From: Verrucomicrobiota bacterium
GTDB lineage: Bacteria > Verrucomicrobiota > Verrucomicrobiia > Limisphaerales > JAFGQR01
Assembly (NCBI GenBank): GCA_016935555.1
Contig: JAFGQR010000138.1
Span: forward strand, 21,888 to 85,887
Length of the DNA stretch: 64,000 nucleotides
Reading direction: 5' to 3'
Positions 59,379-64,000 of this stretch are shown one piece after another; the stretch's first letter is position 1; the number at the start of each line of letters is the position of its first letter. The notes below the pieces were generated by a model. The model had not been told where the DNA came from. It worked only from the letters and a program-made list of their open reading frames with translations, and ran no database searches. A program made the translations under genes and the position numbers.

Positions 59379-62240
59379 ATGCCGAAGTCGCCCTTTGATT
59401 CTTCGTCGTTCCATGACCGGGATTTGCACCACCCGGACGCAAGCGCACCGTCGGTGCTGCCGTTGCACGATGCCCACCCCGCCCTCCGCGGCCTGGTGGG
59501 CGGCAAGGCGGCGAACCTGGCGCACCTGCTGCGCAGCGGATTCCCCGTGCCGGACGGGTTCTGCGTGACGACTGCCGCGTTCGGCGAATTCCTGGCCGTG
59601 TGTCCGAACCGCGCGCGACTGGCGGCCCTCTGGACGCGACTTGCGCAGGACCGCGACGCCGACGTCGGGGCGTTCAGCCAAAGCGCGCTGGCTTGGCTGT
59701 CGGAAACGAACATGCCCACCACCCTCAAAACCGCCGTGCTCAACGCCTGGCGTCAGATGGGCTGCGACGTGGCCTATGCCGTGCGCTCGAGCGCGACGGT
59801 TGAAGACGCCCGGGAGCATTCGTTTGCGGGACAGTTCGAGAGCGTGCTCCACGTGCGGGGCGCCGAGGCGCTGCTGGCCGCCATCGAATCCTGTTGGCGC
59901 TCGCTGTTCGGACCGCGCGCCGTGGCCTACCTCGCCAGCCGGCGCCTTCCCCAGGGCCACGTGGCGATGGCCGTGCTGGTCCAACCCATGCTCCCTGCCG
60001 AAACGGCCGGAGTGCTGTTCACCCTCGACCCGGTCTCCGGCCGCGACGATCGTCTGGTGATCGAAGGCGCGCGCGGCCTGGGCGATCGCCTGGTCTCGGG
60101 CCGGTTGGATCCGGAGCGGGTGGTGCTCGACAAGGTCACGCTGCGGATCCTGGAGCGGCATCCGGCCGACGCGGCAGGATGCCTGGAGGCGGCGCTGGTG
60201 CAGCGGCTCGGGGAACTGGGGGCGCGGGCGGAGCGCCTTTTCGGCAGACCCCAGGACATTGAATGGGCCGCGGCGGACGGAAAGGTTGTCCTGCTTCAGA
60301 CAAGGCCCCTCACCGCTGCCCGGCCCGCCCGCTCCGCGGAGCCGGGCGGTGGCCATGGCCACCTGGCTTATACCCGCCCCGGGCCACCAGCCATAGGCCG
60401 TGCAATGCCGTCTTCTGCCCAGGACGTAAGCGCCGATGGAGTGGCGACCGATCGCGGTTCCTGGGCCGAGCGTCAGATCTGGAGCAACCTCAACACGGGC
60501 GAAGTGGCGCCGGACGTGGCCACCCCGGTGACGTGGTCCATGATGCAGCGGTTCCTGGAGTGGATCGCGGGCTCGTGTTGTCGAGTGCTGGGGGCTGACG
60601 TGAGCCGGGCCCCGCTGATCGGCCGGGTGGGCGGGCGGATTTACTTCAACGTGAACACCGCGCTGGCGGTGGCCAGGCCGTTTCGATGGCTATGGCGCCG
60701 CATCCCAAACGTCGGCGAGGCCCTGGGCGGCGCCCACGTCGCCCTCAGCCCCGAAGCCTTGATGCGCATCCCCGACGAAGACCTGCCCGACCTCGGCTTT
60801 CGCTGGCCAAAGTACCTGCTGTCCCTGCCGCGTGTCGCGTGGGATCTCATCACCCATTCCCCCAGCCGGGGTGATGCTTGGACCGCACGGCTCAAGACAA
60901 ACAACGACACATGGCATCGTCTCGATTTCACCGCGATGCCAATGTCCAACCTGCTTCAACACTTCGAGGCGTTCCTGGACGCGGGGTTCCGCGGTTGGGA
61001 CTTGCTGTACCTGGGCACCCAGGCCGCCGCCCTGCCGGTGTTTCACATGGCCTGCCGCCGCTGGCTGAACGATCCGCATCTGACGCTCGGCTATCGGTTG
61101 TTCGCCGCCCTGGGCGACATGCCGGAAACCGAAGCCGGCCTGTCGCTGTGGCGGCTGGCGGTCCTGGCCCAAGCCAACCCGGAAACCGCCACCGCGTTGT
61201 CCGCGAAAGACGCTTGGCCCGCGGTGCGGGCCCGGCTCGGCACCACCCCGCCCGGCCGCGCGTTCCTGGCGGCCTGGGAATCGTTTATGCACGAACACGG
61301 CCACCATTGTCGCGGAGAACTCGAACTGTTCAATCCGCGCTGGTCGGAAACGCCGGATTACATTTTGGAGATCGTCCGCGGCTATGTCCAAGCCATCGGA
61401 CAGTCCAACCCCGTCGAGAACCAGCGCCGCCTGGCCCGCGAACGCCAGGACCTCACCGACCAATGCCGCCGCCGCCTGCGAAATCCCCTCCGACGATGGA
61501 TCTTCCTCCACTCCTTGCGCCGCGCCCAGAAACTGGCTGTCAACCGCGAAGCATGGAAAAACCAAGCCGTGCGCCATCTTACCCTGCTGCGCCGGATTCT
61601 CCTGGCCCTCGGAGAGCACCTCGCGCGCGACAGCGTGCTTCGCCGGCCCGACGACCTGTTCTTCCTTGAGTTGGACGAAATTCGTGGCCTGTGCGCCGGC
61701 CGGGTGCCGGCGGGAATGCAGACCGTCCTCGACCAACGCCGCCGCGATTATGAAAGCGACCTGCGCCTGCGACCGCCCGCCGTCGTTTTCGGCCGCTTCG
61801 AATCCCAATCGCCCGCGGAGTCCGAACCGGGCGACCTGCCCCGGGTGTTGACCGGCATCCCGGTGTTTCCCGGCGTCGTCGCGGGACCGGCCCGGGTGAT
61901 CCTGCGCACCAACCACCACGAGCAGGTCCGTCCCGGCGAAATCCTCGTGGCCCCCTTCACCGACCCGGCTTGGACGCCGTATTTCGTGACCGCAGCCGCC
62001 GTCGTCATGGGCCAGGGCGGCATCCTGTCCCATGGCAGCATCGTCGCCCGCGAACTCGGCCTGCCCGCGGTGACCAATGTGACCGCAGCCACCCAGCTCA
62101 TCCGCACGGGCGACTGGCTCGAAGTCAATGGAAACCGCGGGCGCGTGTCGATCCTGCGGCGCGCCCGGAACAACGACACACCCCTTGACGCTGCGCCTGC
62201 ACAATCCCCTGTCGAACCCCGTCTCCCAAATGCAAAATGA
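59379..62240 (+). CDS. PEP-utilising-enzyme family phosphotransferase with rifampin-phosphotransferase (RPH)-like domain order: N-terminal PPDK_N/ATP-grasp, long helical middle, C-terminal phosphohistidine swivel domain
   Basis: N-terminus LVGGKAANLAHLLRSGFPVPDGFCVTT and VRSSATVEDAREHSFAGQFESVLHV. Middle WSNLNTGEVAPDVATPVTWSM. C-terminus GIPVFPGVVAGPARVI..GEILVAPFTDPAWTPYFVTAAAVVMGQGGILSHGSIVARELGLPAV. No PEP/pyruvate-binding TIM-barrel domain follows the His domain. 953 aa. Confidence 0.85.
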   Translation: MPKSPFDSSSFHDRDLHHPDASAPSVLPLHDAHPALRGLVGGKAANLAHLLRSGFPVPDGFCVTTAAFGEFLAVCPNRARLAALWTRLAQDRDADVGAFSQSALAWLSETNMPTTLKTAVLNAWRQMGCDVAYAVRSSATVEDAREHSFAGQFESVLHVRGAEALLAAIESCWRSLFGPRAVAYLASRRLPQGHVAMAVLVQPMLPAETAGVLFTLDPVSGRDDRLVIEGARGLGDRLVSGRLDPERVVLDKVTLRILERHPADAAGCLEAALVQRLGELGARAERLFGRPQDIEWAAADGKVVLLQTRPLTAARPARSAEPGGGHGHLAYTRPGPPAIGRAMPSSAQDVSADGVATDRGSWAERQIWSNLNTGEVAPDVATPVTWSMMQRFLEWIAGSCCRVLGADVSRAPLIGRVGGRIYFNVNTALAVARPFRWLWRRIPNVGEALGGAHVALSPEALMRIPDEDLPDLGFRWPKYLLSLPRVAWDLITHSPSRGDAWTARLKTNNDTWHRLDFTAMPMSNLLQHFEAFLDAGFRGWDLLYLGTQAAALPVFHMACRRWLNDPHLTLGYRLFAALGDMPETEAGLSLWRLAVLAQANPETATALSAKDAWPAVRARLGTTPPGRAFLAAWESFMHEHGHHCRGELELFNPRWSETPDYILEIVRGYVQAIGQSNPVENQRRLARERQDLTDQCRRRLRNPLRRWIFLHSLRRAQKLAVNREAWKNQAVRHLTLLRRILLALGEHLARDSVLRRPDDLFFLELDEIRGLCAGRVPAGMQTVLDQRRRDYESDLRLRPPAVVFGRFESQSPAESEPGDLPRVLTGIPVFPGVVAGPARVILRTNHHEQVRPGEILVAPFTDPAWTPYFVTAAAVVMGQGGILSHGSIVARELGLPAVTNVTAATQLIRTGDWLEVNGNRGRVSILRRARNNDTPLDAAPAQSPVEPRLPNAK

Positions 62241-62257
62241 TGGGTCCCGCGGCGCGC

Positions 62258-63802
62258 TCAGCACGCGAGCGAATCCGACGACCGCTCCGCGTCCGACGGA
62301 TGGGCGGCCATGGCTGCGTCGCTGGCTTCCGGCGGCATCTTGGGCAATTGGAAGAGAAACCAGGCTGCGGCGGCGACCCCCACCAGCAGGCCCAGCCACA
62401 CCCCCAACGCGGGATTCAGTCCGAAACCGACCTTCTCGACAAGGATATAGCTGGTCGTCACCACCGTCATGAACACGGCCGGAACAAACGCCAGCCACCA
62501 CCAGCTGCGCCGGCGCGCCAGAAAAATGGTGCCGCTCCACAGGGCGACCGCAGCCAGAGTCTGGTTCGCCCAGCCGAAATAGCGCCAGATCACGCTGAAA
62601 TCGACGAAGTTCAACGCAAACGAGATCAGAAAAAGCGGCAGCACGAGAACGTAGCGGTTCCGTATCCTCGTCTGCGGCAGGCGGAAATAATCGGCCAGCA
62701 TCAGGCGGCTGACGCGGAACGCGGTGTCGCCGGAAGTGATGGGCAGCACGACCACACCAAGGATGGCCAGCATGCCGCCGAACCATCCCATGGTGGTCAT
62801 GCACGCATTGTGCACAACCGCACCCGGACCGCCGCCACCGGGTTTGAGCACGGCAATCAGTCCCTCGTGGCTCCCGTAAAACCCCTGCGCCACCGACGCC
62901 CAAATCAACGCAATGAAACCCTCGGCAATCATCGCCCCGTAAAACACCACGCGCAAATGGCGCTCGCTCTTCAAACAGCGCGCCATCAGGGGGCATTGCG
63001 TGGCGTGAAACCCGCTCACCGCTCCGCAACTCACGGTGATGAAGATCAAGGGCCACGCCGGCAGCTGCTGCGGATGCAGGTTCTTCAATGTGAACGGCGG
63101 CGTCGAGAGCTGCCCCGTGAACAGCGCCATCCCCAACCCGCCCACCATCACCAGCAACGCCGCCGCAAAAAACGGATAAAACCGGCCGATGATCTTGTCG
63201 ATGGGCAACATCGTCGCCACCAGATAATACCCGTAGACAACCATCATCACGATCCATATCCAATGCGACAAACCAAAAGACGTGGATTCAAGCCAGCTCG
63301 CCGCGCCCCCCCCCAACCACCCCCCCAGCTTCTCCGCCGGCAGAATCTTCACCAGCAGTTCCGCCGGCCCCTTCACAAACACCGTCCCCACCAGCACCAT
63401 CAGCAGCAAAATGAACATCGTGGACAGATGCCGCGCCCCCGCCCCCATATAGTGGCCAATCAAGTCCGGCAAACCCGCCCCGCGGTTGCGCACTGACATG
63501 GTCCCGATCAAAAGATCGTGCACCGCCCCGCCGAAAATGCACCCGAACACCACCCAGAAAAACACCTGCGGCCCCCATAACGCCCCCAGGATCGGCCCAA
63601 ACACCGGCCCCAACCCCGCAATGTTCAGCAGCTGCACCAAATACACCCGCCATGTCGACATCGGCACGTAATCCACTCCGTCCGCAAACGCAATCGCCGG
63701 CGTCACCCGGCTGGGATCGGGACGGACCGTGGAGGCCACAACCCGCCCGTAAACCGCATAGCCGGCAACAAGCAAAAGCAGCCCGACAACAAAGACAATC
63801 AT
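62258..63802 (-). CDS. cstA: Carbon starvation protein A family (peptide/pyruvate transporter)
   Basis: Internal ATG (MIVFVVGLLLLVAGYAVYG). VYLVQLLNIAGLGPVFGPILGALWGPQVFFWVVFGCIFGGAVHD and ITSGDTAFRVSRLMLAD. Polytopic. The ORF-track start 63976 is a TTG adding a non-membrane Arg-rich head. Confidence 0.88.
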   Translation of the reverse strand: MIVFVVGLLLLVAGYAVYGRVVASTVRPDPSRVTPAIAFADGVDYVPMSTWRVYLVQLLNIAGLGPVFGPILGALWGPQVFFWVVFGCIFGGAVHDLLIGTMSVRNRGAGLPDLIGHYMGAGARHLSTMFILLLMVLVGTVFVKGPAELLVKILPAEKLGGWLGGGAASWLESTSFGLSHWIWIVMMVVYGYYLVATMLPIDKIIGRFYPFFAAALLVMVGGLGMALFTGQLSTPPFTLKNLHPQQLPAWPLIFITVSCGAVSGFHATQCPLMARCLKSERHLRVVFYGAMIAEGFIALIWASVAQGFYGSHEGLIAVLKPGGGGPGAVVHNACMTTMGWFGGMLAILGVVVLPITSGDTAFRVSRLMLADYFRLPQTRIRNRYVLVLPLFLISFALNFVDFSVIWRYFGWANQTLAAVALWSGTIFLARRRSWWWLAFVPAVFMTVVTTSYILVEKVGFGLNPALGVWLGLLVGVAAAAWFLFQLPKMPPEASDAAMAAHPSDAERSSDSLAC

Positions 63803-64000
63803 AGAAGCCGATGGCTGAGCGAAGCCCGAGACGCCAGACGACCGACAGCGGCGATTCTGCGCGGCGTCGTGGGTGCCATGCCAGAACGCAACGACGCTAT
63901 TCTCAACACAACGGGCAAACGCGGCCCTGAGCCGCCCGGCCCGGGCCACCATGACGGGATCCGCGTCGAAATGCAACCCTTCGCTGGGACCTTGCTCGCC

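Noticed and set aside
59379-62240. Annotation as phosphoenolpyruvate synthase (ppsA) or pyruvate phosphate dikinase
   Set aside because: The phosphohistidine domain is at the extreme C-terminus and no PEP/pyruvate-binding TIM-barrel domain follows. The domain order matches RPH-like phosphotransferases instead.

Overview
GC-rich bacterial chromosomal segment. By inference the gene content looks like the PVC superphylum, most like Verrucomicrobiota: a DUF1559/H-X9-DG prepilin-like protein, a TolB-like propeller protein with CxxCH motifs, and multi-kb secreted mosaic proteins. I support 42 protein genes (one partial, found by hand at the left edge) and 3 tRNAs. Most of the window is housekeeping: nadE, a SpoU/TrmH methyltransferase, cvpA-dnaG-tgt, a complete tolQ-tolR-tolA-tolB-pal cluster, tatA-tatC, the conserved block tRNA-Thr/tuf/tRNA-Trp/tRNA-Ser/secE/nusG/rplK-rplA-rplJ-rplL/rpoB-rpoC, mazG and proB. 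Accessory content: an MBOAT + SGNH-like pair; two giant secreted mosaic proteins (2,084 aa and about 2,863 aa); an FG-GAP propeller next to a Na+/solute symporter; a propeller/CxxCH protein; an oversized FucP-type MFS transporter; a UbiA prenyltransferase; an M42 peptidase; a rifampin-phosphotransferase-like (RPH-architecture) enzyme; and cstA. I saw no CRISPR array, transposase, integrase, rRNA or recognisable defence system. The very long ORFs opposite known genes are antisense shadows typical of high-GC DNA. The observations most worth a second look are: (1) unassigned, internally repeated protein modules in the two giant genes (5 copies of about 165 aa; 3 copies of about 195 aa); (2) a palindromic repeat family (GCATTTCTCAC..GTGAGAAATGCGGGCTAG) that brackets or follows both giant genes; (3) a reused two-hairpin terminator cassette downstream of three unrelated genes; (4) 7-bp-periodic tandem arrays in three intergenic regions; (5) a duplicated hairpin element with a compensatory stem change and ATGA-overlapping mini-ORFs after nadE. 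All functional interpretations of these are hypotheses. I could not run any database search or folding program.
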